This document shows, piece after piece, positions 9,913-20,300 of a stretch of DNA of 64,000 nt. Source of the stretch: Thermodesulfobacteriota bacterium (GTDB taxonomy: Bacteria > Desulfobacterota_D > UBA1144 > Nemesobacterales > Nemesobacteraceae); the NCBI GenBank assembly GCA_963667625.1, contig OY763921.1, forward strand, positions 1,436,679 through 1,500,678, read 5' to 3'. Under the pieces are notes generated by a model that had not been told where the DNA came from, did not search any database, and was given only the letters and a program-made list of their open reading frames with translations. A program made the position numbers and the translations under genes. Every line of letters begins with the position of its first letter. Position 1 is the stretch's first letter.

Positions 9913-9940
9913 GACTTAACTACCAAGCGCCGTTTCAATA

Positions 9941-11206
9941 CTAAATAAATTCCGCGATGCTCTCAGCTTTCAGCAGATCCTCGAGAGTTTCCCTGGCCCT
10001 TATCTCGCAGTACCTCTCACCGCTTACAAGAACCTCAGCAGCCCGGGGTCTTGTGTTGTAATTAGACGACATCACGAAACCGTATGCCCCCGCGCTGAAA
10101 ACCGCAAGCAGTTCTCCCGCAGAAACTTCGGGAAAACTCCTGTCCCTGGCCAGAAAGTCACCCGATTCACATATGGGGCCGACTATATCCACCACCTCGC
10201 GGGATTCGGAGCTTCCTACACAGACCGGCTCTATTCGGTGGAACGAATCGTAAAACGCGGGTCTCACAAGGTCGTTCATCGCGGCGTCAACTATTACAAA
10301 TTTCTTTGAGGTTCCCTCCTTAACATAAAGCACCCTGGTAGACATTATTCCCGCGTTGCCCACCATTGATCTGCCGGGCTCAAGGACCAGTCCGTAACTG
10401 GTATTGCAAAGATGTTCCTCGAAAACCCGCGCGTACTCAGATTTTGCCGGGGGCTTTTCCTCGCTCTCGTAGCTTATCGCAAGGCCCCCTCCTATATCTA
10501 TGTAGGAAACTTCAATACCGTCGCTCCCGAGCCTATCGGCAAGGTAGACAAGCTTAGATATGGACTCGGAAAAGGAGGAAAGATCGAATATCTGGGAACC
10601 TATATGAGCGTCAATCCCCCTTATCTCAATTCCCCTCATCCGCGAGGCGTTCCTGTAAACATCCACTGCTTTTTCGATCCCGATTCCGAACTTGCTTTTC
10701 TCAAAACCCGTCGATATGTACGGATGGGTGTCGGGATCAACATCAGGATTAACCCTTATCGCGACCGGGGCCTTCTCTCCGAGCGAGACGGCCACATCGT
10801 TTATCTTTTGAAGCTCCGCTTCGGATTCCACGTTGAAAAAGAGTATCCGGGAGCGAATTGCGGCCTCTATCTCTTCTTCGGTCTTTCCGACTCCCGAGAA
10901 CACCACTTTTGAGGTGTCTCCCCCAGAGACAACAACCCTCTGCAGCTCCCCCGACGAGACTATATCGAAACCGGAATCCATGGAGGAGAAAATCTTGAGT
11001 ACAGATATATTTGAGTTCGCCTTTACGGAGTAGCAGATCAGGGGATCGAGTTCAGAAAACGCTTCCTTGTACTCAAGGAAGCTTGAGCGGATGGAATTGT
11101 GGCTGTAGATATAGACCGGAGTTCCAAAGTCCTCGCATATTTTCCTCACGGGAACTTTCTCAACGTAAAGTTCGCCGTTAACGTATTCAAAATCGGAGTT
11201 CATCAT
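9941..11206 (-). CDS. lysA: Diaminopimelate decarboxylase
   Basis: YSVKANSN PLP lysine, HIGSQ, EPGR, GPICESGD and GAYG...SNYN. Start placed at MMNSDF (11206) after a GGGGA RBS. Confidence 0.95.
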   Translation of the reverse strand: MMNSDFEYVNGELYVEKVPVRKICEDFGTPVYIYSHNSIRSSFLEYKEAFSELDPLICYSVKANSNISVLKIFSSMDSGFDIVSSGELQRVVVSGGDTSKVVFSGVGKTEEEIEAAIRSRILFFNVESEAELQKINDVAVSLGEKAPVAIRVNPDVDPDTHPYISTGFEKSKFGIGIEKAVDVYRNASRMRGIEIRGIDAHIGSQIFDLSSFSESISKLVYLADRLGSDGIEVSYIDIGGGLAISYESEEKPPAKSEYARVFEEHLCNTSYGLVLEPGRSMVGNAGIMSTRVLYVKEGTSKKFVIVDAAMNDLVRPAFYDSFHRIEPVCVGSSESREVVDIVGPICESGDFLARDRSFPEVSAGELLAVFSAGAYGFVMSSNYNTRPRAAEVLVSGERYCEIRARETLEDLLKAESIAEFI

Positions 11207-11442
11207 ATAAGTCCCCACAGGTTTCAAGGTAGAAAATTTACCCGAAAAAAACGGCGGAAAACAATTACGCAATGCGAAGCCAGGAAAAGCCACGCAAGCC
11301 CGGGGCACCCACTATGACCGAGTAAATAAAGTGATTCCTCAAATTTCGCTTGGACAAAACCCGGATTTGTTTTATAATGGTTTCGTTGTATCGAAAACCC
11401 AAATTTCGGAGCAAAAACCTCTCTATTCAAGGATAAATCCCA

Positions 11443-12063
11443 ATGGACGCAATTATTGATCTGTTTACCAAGGGCGGAATATATATTTTCCCCCTGATTT
11501 TATGTTCCATATTCGGACTTGCGATTTTTCTGCAGAAGCTTCATTTACTTCAGCGGAAAAAGCTTCTCCCCGAGGAATTTCTTTCAAGCCTGTACAAGAC
11601 TGTCGAGACAAAGGGGCTTGAAGAGGCAAAATCCCTTTCCGCATCAAACGATTCTGCGGTAGCCAAGATAGCTCTCGCGGCCGCGCAGAACTCAGGCAAA
11701 TCGAAAGCGGAAATGGAAGAAGCCATTGAGGCAGCCGGAAAGGCCGAGGCGCAGGGCCTTGAAAAATATATCGAGACCCTGCTCACCATAAGCAGCATAA
11801 GCACTCTGATAGGACTTCTCGGAACGATATCGGGAATGATAAAAGTGTTCGCCGTAATATCGGAGAAGGACATAGTGGATCCGCCTTCCCTCGCGGGAGG
11901 TATCTCAGAAGCTCTTTACACGACGGCTCTTGGACTCACGATAGCGATCCCGGCGCTCATAGCCTACAAGTACACAGACGGAAAATTCAAGGAGATAATC
12001 TCCGAACTTGAGGACGAAGGCAAAAAAATACTGGAAACTTTTTCCGCAAAGGCATCTCTATGA
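11443..12063 (+). CDS. MotA/TolQ/ExbB proton channel family protein
   Basis: LIGLLGTISGMI and LAGGISEALYTTALGL motifs. Confidence 0.92.
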   Translation: MDAIIDLFTKGGIYIFPLILCSIFGLAIFLQKLHLLQRKKLLPEEFLSSLYKTVETKGLEEAKSLSASNDSAVAKIALAAAQNSGKSKAEMEEAIEAAGKAEAQGLEKYIETLLTISSISTLIGLLGTISGMIKVFAVISEKDIVDPPSLAGGISEALYTTALGLTIAIPALIAYKYTDGKFKEIISELEDEGKKILETFSAKASL

Positions 12064-12458
12064 AATTCTCGCAAAGAAAATCAGGTAGTAGGTCCGGCAT
12101 AGACATGGCTCCCATCGTGGACGTGATTTTCAACCTCCTTATTTTCTTTGCCCTTACACTCAATTTCGCCATATCAAGCGGCATAAAAGTCAACCTCCCG
12201 AAAGCGACAGGCGAAATCGTTGAGATAAAAGATGTAAACATACACATTGCCAAAGACGGAAAAGTTTACTTCAACGACACGCTTATGCGCTCCGCCAACT
12301 CCTTAAAGCAAGAGTTTCAGAAGATACCCAACAAAGACACCCTGGTAATAATAAGGGCAGATTCCGAGTCCCTGCACGGCCCGGTGGTAAGCACCATGGA
12401 TCTGGCGAAAACCCAGGGGTTCTCAAAAATAGCAATCGGAGTTGAGCCGAAGCGATAA
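12060..12458 (+). CDS. ExbD/TolR family protein
   Basis: IDMAPIVDVIFNLLIFF, VNLPKA and IRAD motifs. ATGA overlap with the ExbB-family gene. Confidence 0.92.
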   Translation: MKFSQRKSGSRSGIDMAPIVDVIFNLLIFFALTLNFAISSGIKVNLPKATGEIVEIKDVNIHIAKDGKVYFNDTLMRSANSLKQEFQKIPNKDTLVIIRADSESLHGPVVSTMDLAKTQGFSKIAIGVEPKR

Positions 12459-12507
12459 AACTCCCCGGCAATCGCTTCCCCGTCGGCCCCGACGGTAACA
12501 AACAAAA

Positions 12508-13458
12508 TTGAATTCAACGAAAAGCGCCTTAGCCTCGCTAACAGACCTTATAACAAGGTTTTTCATCCTCTGGATAATTCTGTTCTCAGCCGTAGCGTAC
12601 TTTTTCCCCTACGTTTTTCAGGATCTCGGATTCCTCATAGTGCCCATGCTCGCGGTGATAATGTTCGCTATGGGGATAACGCTCAGAACGGACGACTTCA
12701 GAAGAGTCTTTTCAAGACCGCTTGAGATCATGACAGGCGTCTTCGCTCAATACGCCGTGATGCCCCTTTTGGGTTTCCTCCTTGTCTTCGCCTTCGGTAC
12801 AAGCCCCCTGATCGCCGCGGGGGTCGTTCTCGTGGGTTCATGCCCCGGAGGAACGGCGTCAAACGTGATCACCTATCTGGCGAGGGGCGATCTCGCACTT
12901 TCCGTAACCCTGACTTCGGTTTCAACCCTCCTTTGCCCGTTTCTCCTGCCCGCACTCATGTACGTTTACGCGGGAAGATGGATAGATGTTCCGGTCGCTG
13001 ACCTTTTTATCTCCGCGCTTCAGATAGTACTGCTGCCTGTGCTTCTTGGAGTAGTCTTGAGGAAACTGCTCGGGAGAAAATCAGAGTCCATCCTGCCCTT
13101 TCTGCCCTCAGTATCATCTCTTGTTATAGCTCTTGTGGTGGGAATAATAGTGGCTTTGAACGCGGAATCCATAAAAACCATCGGCGCGGCGGTTTTCCTG
13201 ATAGTAATCATTCATAACGCTCTCGGTCTCACGTGCGGTTATCTTATAGCGAGAGCGATGGGTTTCAGGGAAAGCAGCGCCAGGGCGATATCCGTTGAGG
13301 TGGGAATGCAGAACTCGGGGCTCGCGGCGGCTCTCTCCCAGATGCACTTCGGCTATCTCTCCGCCCTTCCCGCCGCGCTTTTCAGCATCTGGCACAATAT
13401 CTCGGGCGCGGCTATAGCCTGGTTGTGGAGAAATAAAAAAATCAATGAACACCGATAA
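12508..13458 (+). CDS. Bile acid:sodium symporter family transporter
   Basis: CPGGTASNV and EVGMQNSGL motifs. Confidence 0.92.
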   Translation: MNSTKSALASLTDLITRFFILWIILFSAVAYFFPYVFQDLGFLIVPMLAVIMFAMGITLRTDDFRRVFSRPLEIMTGVFAQYAVMPLLGFLLVFAFGTSPLIAAGVVLVGSCPGGTASNVITYLARGDLALSVTLTSVSTLLCPFLLPALMYVYAGRWIDVPVADLFISALQIVLLPVLLGVVLRKLLGRKSESILPFLPSVSSLVIALVVGIIVALNAESIKTIGAAVFLIVIIHNALGLTCGYLIARAMGFRESSARAISVEVGMQNSGLAAALSQMHFGYLSALPAALFSIWHNISGAAIAWLWRNKKINEHR

Positions 13459-14353
13459 AAAAGAGAAACTTCCTATAAAGGGCTACCTTTTTCTGATAGC
13501 CACCGCTTTTTTTACGGCGCTTTCCTACGCAATAGGAAAGGCGCTTGAGCGAAGCGACCTCCACCCCGAGACCACCACTTTTTTCTGGTTCTTCGGAGCT
13601 TTTTTGGTCGCCTTGATCTTGTTCCCCTTTCTTCGCTCACAGAGAAAGGAACTCAGAAGAATCCGCGAGTACCGCGCCATTTTCATCTGGAGTTCCGTTA
13701 TAACCTCGGCAGGGGCGGCCTTGTGGATGGTTGCGCTCTGGACGATCGGGCCGGCCCTTACCTCGTTCCTGATGAAGGCCCAGACCCTCTTCGCGCTTCT
13801 GCTCGGCATAATCTTTCTCGGTGAAAGGCTCAACAAGGGGGAGAGCGTAGGAATAGCCTTGACGGTGGCCGGCGGAGCGGTGGTCGCCTACCAGAGAGAG
13901 GATTATCTCATTTTCGGAACCGCCATGGCAATCGGGGCCGCGTTTTTATATTCCTTTCTCTCTTTCATGGTAAAGAAGATAGCGCAGGACCTGAACATGC
14001 TTACAGTCGCGACGCTTAGAACCCTGGGAGTCTCCATAGTCCTTTTCATATACCTCATACTCACCGGGACATTTGAGCCTCCAAGCCTAAAACAGGCGCT
14101 TGTGATGGCGTGCGGAGGCGCGTGCGGAGCGTATATAGCAAAAGGAAGCCAGTTCCACGCCATAAAGCTTCTTGATATCTCACGAACAACCGCCGTCATG
14201 CCGATGGAGTCGATCTTCGTGCTGATCTTCGCGCATGTCTTCTTCGATGATCTGCCGTCGGTCACGAAGCTTCTCGGCGGAGCTTCAATAATCGCCGGGG
14301 TCGTCTTCCTCGTGCTTTTCCGGGGACAGAAAAACGACATTCTCGGCAAGTGA
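13445..14353 (+). CDS. EamA/DMT family transporter
   Basis: About 10 hydrophobic helices in two repeats, with an IFLGERL motif. Confidence 0.85.
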   Translation: MNTDKKEKLPIKGYLFLIATAFFTALSYAIGKALERSDLHPETTTFFWFFGAFLVALILFPFLRSQRKELRRIREYRAIFIWSSVITSAGAALWMVALWTIGPALTSFLMKAQTLFALLLGIIFLGERLNKGESVGIALTVAGGAVVAYQREDYLIFGTAMAIGAAFLYSFLSFMVKKIAQDLNMLTVATLRTLGVSIVLFIYLILTGTFEPPSLKQALVMACGGACGAYIAKGSQFHAIKLLDISRTTAVMPMESIFVLIFAHVFFDDLPSVTKLLGGASIIAGVVFLVLFRGQKNDILGK

Positions 14354-14356
14354 ATT

Positions 14357-15469
14357 CTAGCGGGAACCGAAAAAATCTGTTCTGAGTTCCCCTCTCATTC
14401 TGTGCCTCTGCTCGGCAAACTCAACAAGCATCTCGAGCATCTCCCCGACGCAAAGCCCGCTTGCTTCCCACAGTTTCGGGTACATGCTTATGGGAGTAAA
14501 TCCGGGGATTGTGTTTATCTCGCTTACAAAAACCTGATCCGTATCGGCGTCAACCAGAAAATCCACCCTCGCCATACCGGTGCAGCAAAGAGCGGCATAG
14601 GAGGCAAGAGCGAGGGCTCTCACCCTCTGCTGAGTCTCGCGGGCAAGGTCGCATGGAATCCGCAATTCCGTTGACTTATCATGATACTTCTTTTCGTAAT
14701 CATAAAAGCCCCCTTGCACAACCAGTTCCCCGGGAACCGATGCCCGCGGGTCCTCGTTCCCCATTACGCTTACCTCCACTTCTCTCAGATTCATTACGGC
14801 ACTTTCAACGATCACCCTTTCAGAAAAATCAAAAGAGGCCTCCACCGCATCGCCAGCTGTCTCTGAAGAACTCACCCTTGAAACTCCCACGCTTGAACCC
14901 AGGTTTGAAGATTTAACGAAGCAGGGAAATCCTATTTCATCTTCTGTGCGGCGGAGAATTTCCTCTTTGCCGTTATGCCACTCGGTTTTTGAAAGACCGA
15001 AGAAGGGAACAACCGGAATACCGTTATCCCTGAGGATGTTTTTTGATACTATCTTATCGATGCAAAGCGAAGATCCGAGCAGATCCGCTCCAACGCAGGG
15101 AACACCCATAAGATCGATGAGACCCTGTACCGATCCGTCCTCGCCGAAGGTTCCGTGAAGAACGGGAAAAACGGCGTCCACGGAAAAAATCTCCTTTATC
15201 TCTCCCCTGGCTATTTCAGCGAAACGCCCGGGAGGAGAACCTTGGAGCATGGGAACAATCTCAGAGTCGGGAATCAGGTCGGGAGTATGCCCATCCTGCC
15301 AGTTCTCAACAACGGCCCTCTGCCATCTGCCATCCTTAGAAATGAAGATCGGCAGCAGAGAAAATTTTGAAGGATCAAGGTTGCTGATGATAAATTTTGA
15401 GGAGACAAGCGACACCTCATGCTCAACCGAAACACCTCCGAAAAGAACCGCAATTGTTTTTCTGTTCAA
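14357..15469 (-). CDS. ddl: D-alanine--D-alanine ligase
   Basis: LFGGVSVEHEVS, LHGTFGEDG, GSSVG, FYDYEKKY and EINTIPGFT. Start probably TTG 15469 after GGAG. Confidence 0.94.
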   Translation of the reverse strand: MNRKTIAVLFGGVSVEHEVSLVSSKFIISNLDPSKFSLLPIFISKDGRWQRAVVENWQDGHTPDLIPDSEIVPMLQGSPPGRFAEIARGEIKEIFSVDAVFPVLHGTFGEDGSVQGLIDLMGVPCVGADLLGSSLCIDKIVSKNILRDNGIPVVPFFGLSKTEWHNGKEEILRRTEDEIGFPCFVKSSNLGSSVGVSRVSSSETAGDAVEASFDFSERVIVESAVMNLREVEVSVMGNEDPRASVPGELVVQGGFYDYEKKYHDKSTELRIPCDLARETQQRVRALALASYAALCCTGMARVDFLVDADTDQVFVSEINTIPGFTPISMYPKLWEASGLCVGEMLEMLVEFAEQRHRMRGELRTDFFGSR

Positions 15470-15706
15470 CTTATGACTCCCGACGTATTCAAGAAAAAAT
15501 TCTTTATGAAAGATCTGGGAGAATTCCGTTTTTAAGAAACCTCCCACAACATACTTTGACTATCAGAACTATGTGGTTACGATTATTGTACAAATAACCG
15601 ATAGAAAAATAAACCGGAAGACTCTCTTCGGAACACCACCGTCCCATATTTGACTTAGAACTTAATCGAGTTAGGATGGATGTTTTTCCGCAGAGAAGGA
15701 ATTAAT

Positions 15707-17314
15707 ATGAATTTAACATTAATACTCTGGGTTCTGTTCGCCGTTTTTCTGCCATGGATTCCCTCCACCGCCTCAGGCTATGATCTGTTCAGACCCCCAA
15801 TATTTTCAGAAGAACAAAAAGCCGAACCCGCTGACCTGGTCCCCCAAACAGAAGCAGTTCCGCCAGCCGAGCATACAGATACTCCGCAGAGTCATACCGA
15901 AGGGGCTGAAAAAATCGAGGAGATCACTACTGATACCGCGACCCGACCCTCTGCTGAACCCGATAAGCAAAACCAGCAGACTGAGCCCGCAGAGATCTCA
16001 GCAGTAGATCAGCCCGATGCTTCGCAAAAATATAAAGACATAAGATTCGATGTAACGACAAACTCAAGAGTTGAGCACTACATCCGACGGTTCTCGGGAA
16101 AAGGAAAGAGAAATTTTGCGCAGATTCTGAAGCGTTCCGGGAAATTCCTCCCGGAAATCAGGGAAATACTTCGCTCCGAAGGGATTCCTCCTGAGATCGC
16201 TTACCTGCCTCTCATAGAAAGCGGGTTTAACCCACGTGCCGTTTCAAACAAAAACGCCGTCGGGCTCTGGCAGTTCATAAGACCAACCGGCCTTAAGTAC
16301 GGACTCAGAATAAACCACTGGGTAGACGAAAGAATGAATGTCGAGAAATCAACCTTGGCAGCTGCGCAGTACCTCAAAAAAATGCATAAAGAATTCGGTT
16401 CGTGGGAGCTTGCCCTCGCCGGTTACAACTGCGGAGAGAAAAGAGTGTCGAGGGCCATCAGGAAAACAGGTTCGACTGATTTCTGGACACTATCAAGAAA
16501 GCTTCCCAGAGAGACCAGAAACTATCTGCCGAAATTCAACGCCGCCGTGATAATAGCCAGCAATCCTGAGAAATACGGCTTCAGGGTTCCGGAAATGGAG
16601 AAGGATTACGAGGCCGTAAGTGTTCCACCCAGAAAAAGTCTTGCGGAAATCGCCAATCTTCTTGACATAGGATACAAAGAAATTTCCAGGTACAACCCCT
16701 CGCTTGTAGGACTTTCCACTCCCCCTGGAAAAAGCTATGAGCTTAAAGTCCCCAAGGGGTACGCGGAAAAACTCCTCGCCGTCAAAAACGAAATTGAGAC
16801 TCTCAAGAACATTCAGACCCCTTTCAGGACAAGGCCCACAAGATACACCGTGAGACCTGACGACAGTCTCTGGAAGATAGCCAGGAAATTCGGAACTTCC
16901 GTCGAGAAGCTAAAATACGCAAATCGTCTCTCCGGTTCCATCATACGTCCTGGACAGAGGCTCAATATACCCACCAGAACAAATGTCATATACGTAAAGC
17001 ATAAAATTCGTCCCGGAGAGAATATCTACATTCTGGCAAGAAGGTACGGGACTTCAATCGACGAAATTAAAAGGGCCAACAACATTAAGGGCTCCCTTAT
17101 AATAGCGGGAAAGACCCTTTCCATTCCCCAGAAGCTTTCCTACGGTTCCGCGCAGCGGGATGTCCCGAGAAAGATGAAACACAAGATAATACCCGGCGAC
17201 ACGCTGAGCGAGTTGGCGCTTCGCTACAGGGTGTCGGTTTCCCAGATCAAGAGGTGGAACAACATGTCTTCAACCACGCTGATCGCCGGAAGAAACCTCG
17301 TCATCTACAAATAA
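15707..17314 (+). CDS. mltD: Lytic transglycosylase with three LysM domains (MltD-like)
   Basis: Signal peptide, SLT motifs IESGFNP, GLWQFI and AGYNCG, and three C-terminal LysM repeats. Confidence 0.9.
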   Translation: MNLTLILWVLFAVFLPWIPSTASGYDLFRPPIFSEEQKAEPADLVPQTEAVPPAEHTDTPQSHTEGAEKIEEITTDTATRPSAEPDKQNQQTEPAEISAVDQPDASQKYKDIRFDVTTNSRVEHYIRRFSGKGKRNFAQILKRSGKFLPEIREILRSEGIPPEIAYLPLIESGFNPRAVSNKNAVGLWQFIRPTGLKYGLRINHWVDERMNVEKSTLAAAQYLKKMHKEFGSWELALAGYNCGEKRVSRAIRKTGSTDFWTLSRKLPRETRNYLPKFNAAVIIASNPEKYGFRVPEMEKDYEAVSVPPRKSLAEIANLLDIGYKEISRYNPSLVGLSTPPGKSYELKVPKGYAEKLLAVKNEIETLKNIQTPFRTRPTRYTVRPDDSLWKIARKFGTSVEKLKYANRLSGSIIRPGQRLNIPTRTNVIYVKHKIRPGENIYILARRYGTSIDEIKRANNIKGSLIIAGKTLSIPQKLSYGSAQRDVPRKMKHKIIPGDTLSELALRYRVSVSQIKRWNNMSSTTLIAGRNLVIYK

Positions 17315-17321
17315 ATCCCGG

Positions 17322-17966
17322 ATGCTGACAGTACGGTCAATAAGAGAAGACCTTCCGCACAAATCCCCGGAAATAAGGAAGAAACTCGGGGAATTTGAAA
17401 ATATCATCAAAAACGCCTCCGAAGAAGTAATCTTTGAAGAACTCGTCTTCTGTATATTCACGGCCGGAACGAGCGCGAAGATGGGACTGAACGCCCTTAG
17501 TGCCGTAAGGAGCGTACTCCCCAAGGCAAGCGAGGACGAACTGAGGGCAAGACTGCAGGGAGTTTACAGATTCCCTAACGTGCGCTCAAAACACGTGGTC
17601 CACACAAGAGACTATTTGGCCAGCAGCTACGGACTAAGGCTAAGGCCGCTTCTTCTCTCCTTTGAAGATCCGGCAGAGCGAAGAGACTTCTTCGCACTCA
17701 ACAAGGATATAAAGGGGCTCGGCTTCAAGGAAGCAAGCCATTTCCTAAGAAATGTTGGTTTTCGCGGCTACGCGATTCTTGACAAGCACATACTCCAGTG
17801 TCTCTTCGAACTAGGCATAACGCAGTCTGCCCGGGCACCGCACTCAAGGTCAAAATACATTGAGATTGAAAACAAGTTTAAGAGATTCATGGAGAAAAAC
17901 GGATTTGATTTCGATGAAATGGATCTGTTTCTGTGGAGCGAGAAAACGGGCGAAATACTGAAATGA
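17322..17966 (+). CDS. ogg: 8-oxoguanine DNA glycosylase/AP lyase (OGG2 family), canonical copy
   Basis: FEELVFCIFTA, YRFPN, HhH GLGFKEASHFLRNVG, AILDKH and C-terminal GEILK. Confidence 0.9.
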   Translation: MLTVRSIREDLPHKSPEIRKKLGEFENIIKNASEEVIFEELVFCIFTAGTSAKMGLNALSAVRSVLPKASEDELRARLQGVYRFPNVRSKHVVHTRDYLASSYGLRLRPLLLSFEDPAERRDFFALNKDIKGLGFKEASHFLRNVGFRGYAILDKHILQCLFELGITQSARAPHSRSKYIEIENKFKRFMEKNGFDFDEMDLFLWSEKTGEILK

Positions 17967-17991
17967 TGCACCGAAAAACAAGGTCTTTCGG

Positions 17992-18642
17992 ATGAGGGAA
18001 AAAGAAAAACGAGAACTTCTGGAACTCTACGAGCTTAAGAAAGAAGAGATACAGAACCGGCTTCTGGAATTCAAACAGGCTTTTCAGGAGGCTGACGACC
18101 GCCAGATATTCCGTGAACTTTCATTCTGCATACTGAGTTCCGGGGTCGGTCCCAAGATAGCCGGCCAATGCATGAGCGCCATAGGAGAAAAACTCGCCGA
18201 CGGAGAAGAAGACGAACTGCTGGAACGCATTGGAGCAATTCACAAATACGCCGAGAACGCGTCCCGCTATATTGTTTTCACCAGAGAATATCTTAAGAAA
18301 GAACACGGATTTCTTCTGAAATCACTTGTCAGTTCCTTTGAAGACAGAGTGGAAAGAAGAGAGTTTTTTGCAAAGAACCCCGGAATAAAAGGACTCGGAT
18401 ACATGCAGGCAAGTCATTTTCTGAGGAATCTGGGATTCTCCGGATATGCGATTCTTGACCGAAACAATTTGGCATCCCTTTCCGAGCTGGGGATCATAGG
18501 CGAAACGAAATATCCCCTGACGAAAAAAAGATACCTTGAAACCGAAAGCCTTATGGCGGAAGCCGCCCACGAACTGGGAATCAGTCTTGATGAATTAGAC
18601 CTGCTTCTTTGGTCAAGGAAAAGAAAATACGTTCCGAGATAA
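17992..18642 (+). CDS. OGG2-family paralog lacking the catalytic lysine
   Basis: FRELSFCILS, GLGYMQASHFLRNLG and AILDRN align with the upstream ogg. Confidence 0.85.
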   Translation: MREKEKRELLELYELKKEEIQNRLLEFKQAFQEADDRQIFRELSFCILSSGVGPKIAGQCMSAIGEKLADGEEDELLERIGAIHKYAENASRYIVFTREYLKKEHGFLLKSLVSSFEDRVERREFFAKNPGIKGLGYMQASHFLRNLGFSGYAILDRNNLASLSELGIIGETKYPLTKKRYLETESLMAEAAHELGISLDELDLLLWSRKRKYVPR

Positions 18643-18644
18643 GA

Positions 18645-19310
18645 TCACCCGGAGTCGTGCTTTATGAAGACCTCGGCCCAAAGCGGCGCAAATCCGTCTG
18701 CAGTGTCGTGAAAAGCCCCCCTGTACCTGTTAAGGCCCATTATGCCGTCTGTGTAGTCCTTGTAGGCCGTCTGGCTTCTGTGCGCCTCAATCGCCCGGCG
18801 CTTGCGGTCGGCAAAAGACGTTATATCCTCGATACGGTCGTATGAAGGAAAAGGCGTCCATACCTCATAAAACCAGCATTCACACTCAAAAGGAATCTCC
18901 TTAATTGCCGCGTTAAGACAATCAATCGTCAGGCGCGAAACCGTCCTGTGGGTTCTGTGCTTGTCGATTTCGGGATGCGGAAAGTATATCTCATTTGGGC
19001 GGAGATTTGTTATTATTTCTCCTATCTTGGAACTGAATTCACGCTTGTTCAACTCGGATTCCATGTCGGAGAACCCCAGAAGAGAAATCTCCACTCCGAG
19101 TATCTCCGAGGATTCCCTGACTTCCCGTTCCCTTGTCCGCACAAGTTCTTCCTGTGAGACACCAAGGGGATTAGCACTTCTCCTTCCATCTGTAACGACA
19201 ACGGAAACCACATCAATCCCTTTTTCCAGGAGCAGGCAGGCAGTACCTCCCATGCCTATTTCGAGATCGTCGGGGTGGGGGGAAACTATAAGGGCTTTTG
19301 TCTCTTGCAT
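18645..19310 (-). CDS. PIG-L/LmbE family deacetylase
   Basis: SPHPDDLE, TDG, HRTH and AHRSQ motifs. Confidence 0.9.
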   Translation of the reverse strand: MQETKALIVSPHPDDLEIGMGGTACLLLEKGIDVVSVVVTDGRRSANPLGVSQEELVRTREREVRESSEILGVEISLLGFSDMESELNKREFSSKIGEIITNLRPNEIYFPHPEIDKHRTHRTVSRLTIDCLNAAIKEIPFECECWFYEVWTPFPSYDRIEDITSFADRKRRAIEAHRSQTAYKDYTDGIMGLNRYRGAFHDTADGFAPLWAEVFIKHDSG

Positions 19311-19400
19311 ATCGGTCCTTCTCAGTGAAAAGAGTACCGGAATCTACATTACACCGTGAACCTAAGCTAGAAAAATGCCAATAAGAACCTGTTACGCGCT

Positions 19401-20300
19401 TTATCGAAAAAGGGCATTTGTCAGCAGTATGTGCTGCTTTTTGTGCTTATCAGGGTTTGTGTCTCGTAGTTTCTTCAGATTCTGTAGTTTCCACTGAACT
19501 GCGGGAAATTGCTCAAAGGCGTAGAGACTCCAATCAGGTTCAGCATTGTCAGCACGCAGAAGAAAATTCTTGTCTTCGTCAGTAAAAAACGTATTGATCA
19601 TACTAATTAGTTTATTTCTAGCTTCTTCGTATTCTTCATAGGAAAAAGGTTCACGCGACATACCTTCAAATTGATTTTCAAATATACCTCTCCGATCTTG
19701 TAACTGCGGGGCAAGTAATTCATATATCGGCCTGTCGCTACAAAGCAAGCTGTACAAAAAACCAGGTTTTATATCGATGAAAAAACCCTCTTTATCCATA
19801 AACGGGTTTAAGTCAAAAAAATCTCTTGGGTGCTGTCGACCTAGTGCCGCGCAGATCTTACCACCGTAGAGTTGGCTTATCGGTACTAAGCGCATCGCAC
19901 AAAACACATCAAATTCTGACTGCGCCCTTTGGCAAAGCTCTAATTGCTCAGGAGGCGCAATAACACCCCGCTTTACCATATTAACCTCGATTTTTATTTG
20001 CACACCTGCGCGAGAAATAAAAAGCTTACAAACATCTTGTTGATGAACAATCCGCATATCCCCCTTTTTTGATTCAATACCGTTTTTTATTCCCGCTAGA
20101 GCTTGATTGATATTATTCAAGGAGGCGTTTCTGCCTTCAAGTAGCGTATAGGTTAAATCGATATCAACCGATAGACGTGGCATATTTCGCACGAAAAAAT
20201 TAATTGCCGTACCACCATGGAGCGCAAAGCAGGACAGCTTTGCAACCTCGGGCAAAATTTCAAGCAAAAGTTCCGCCTGTTTTCTATAGTCTTGTCTCAT
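19401..20300 (-). CDS. abiEii: AbiEii/AbiGii nucleotidyltransferase toxin (type IV TA)
   Basis: FALHGGTAIN, PRLSVDIDL and GKICAAL.RQHPRDFFD motifs. AT-richer than its flanks. Confidence 0.9.
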   Translation of the reverse strand: MRQDYRKQAELLLEILPEVAKLSCFALHGGTAINFFVRNMPRLSVDIDLTYTLLEGRNASLNNINQALAGIKNGIESKKGDMRIVHQQDVCKLFISRAGVQIKIEVNMVKRGVIAPPEQLELCQRAQSEFDVFCAMRLVPISQLYGGKICAALGRQHPRDFFDLNPFMDKEGFFIDIKPGFLYSLLCSDRPIYELLAPQLQDRRGIFENQFEGMSREPFSYEEYEEARNKLISMINTFFTDEDKNFLLRADNAEPDWSLYAFEQFPAVQWKLQNLKKLRDTNPDKHKKQHILLTNALFR

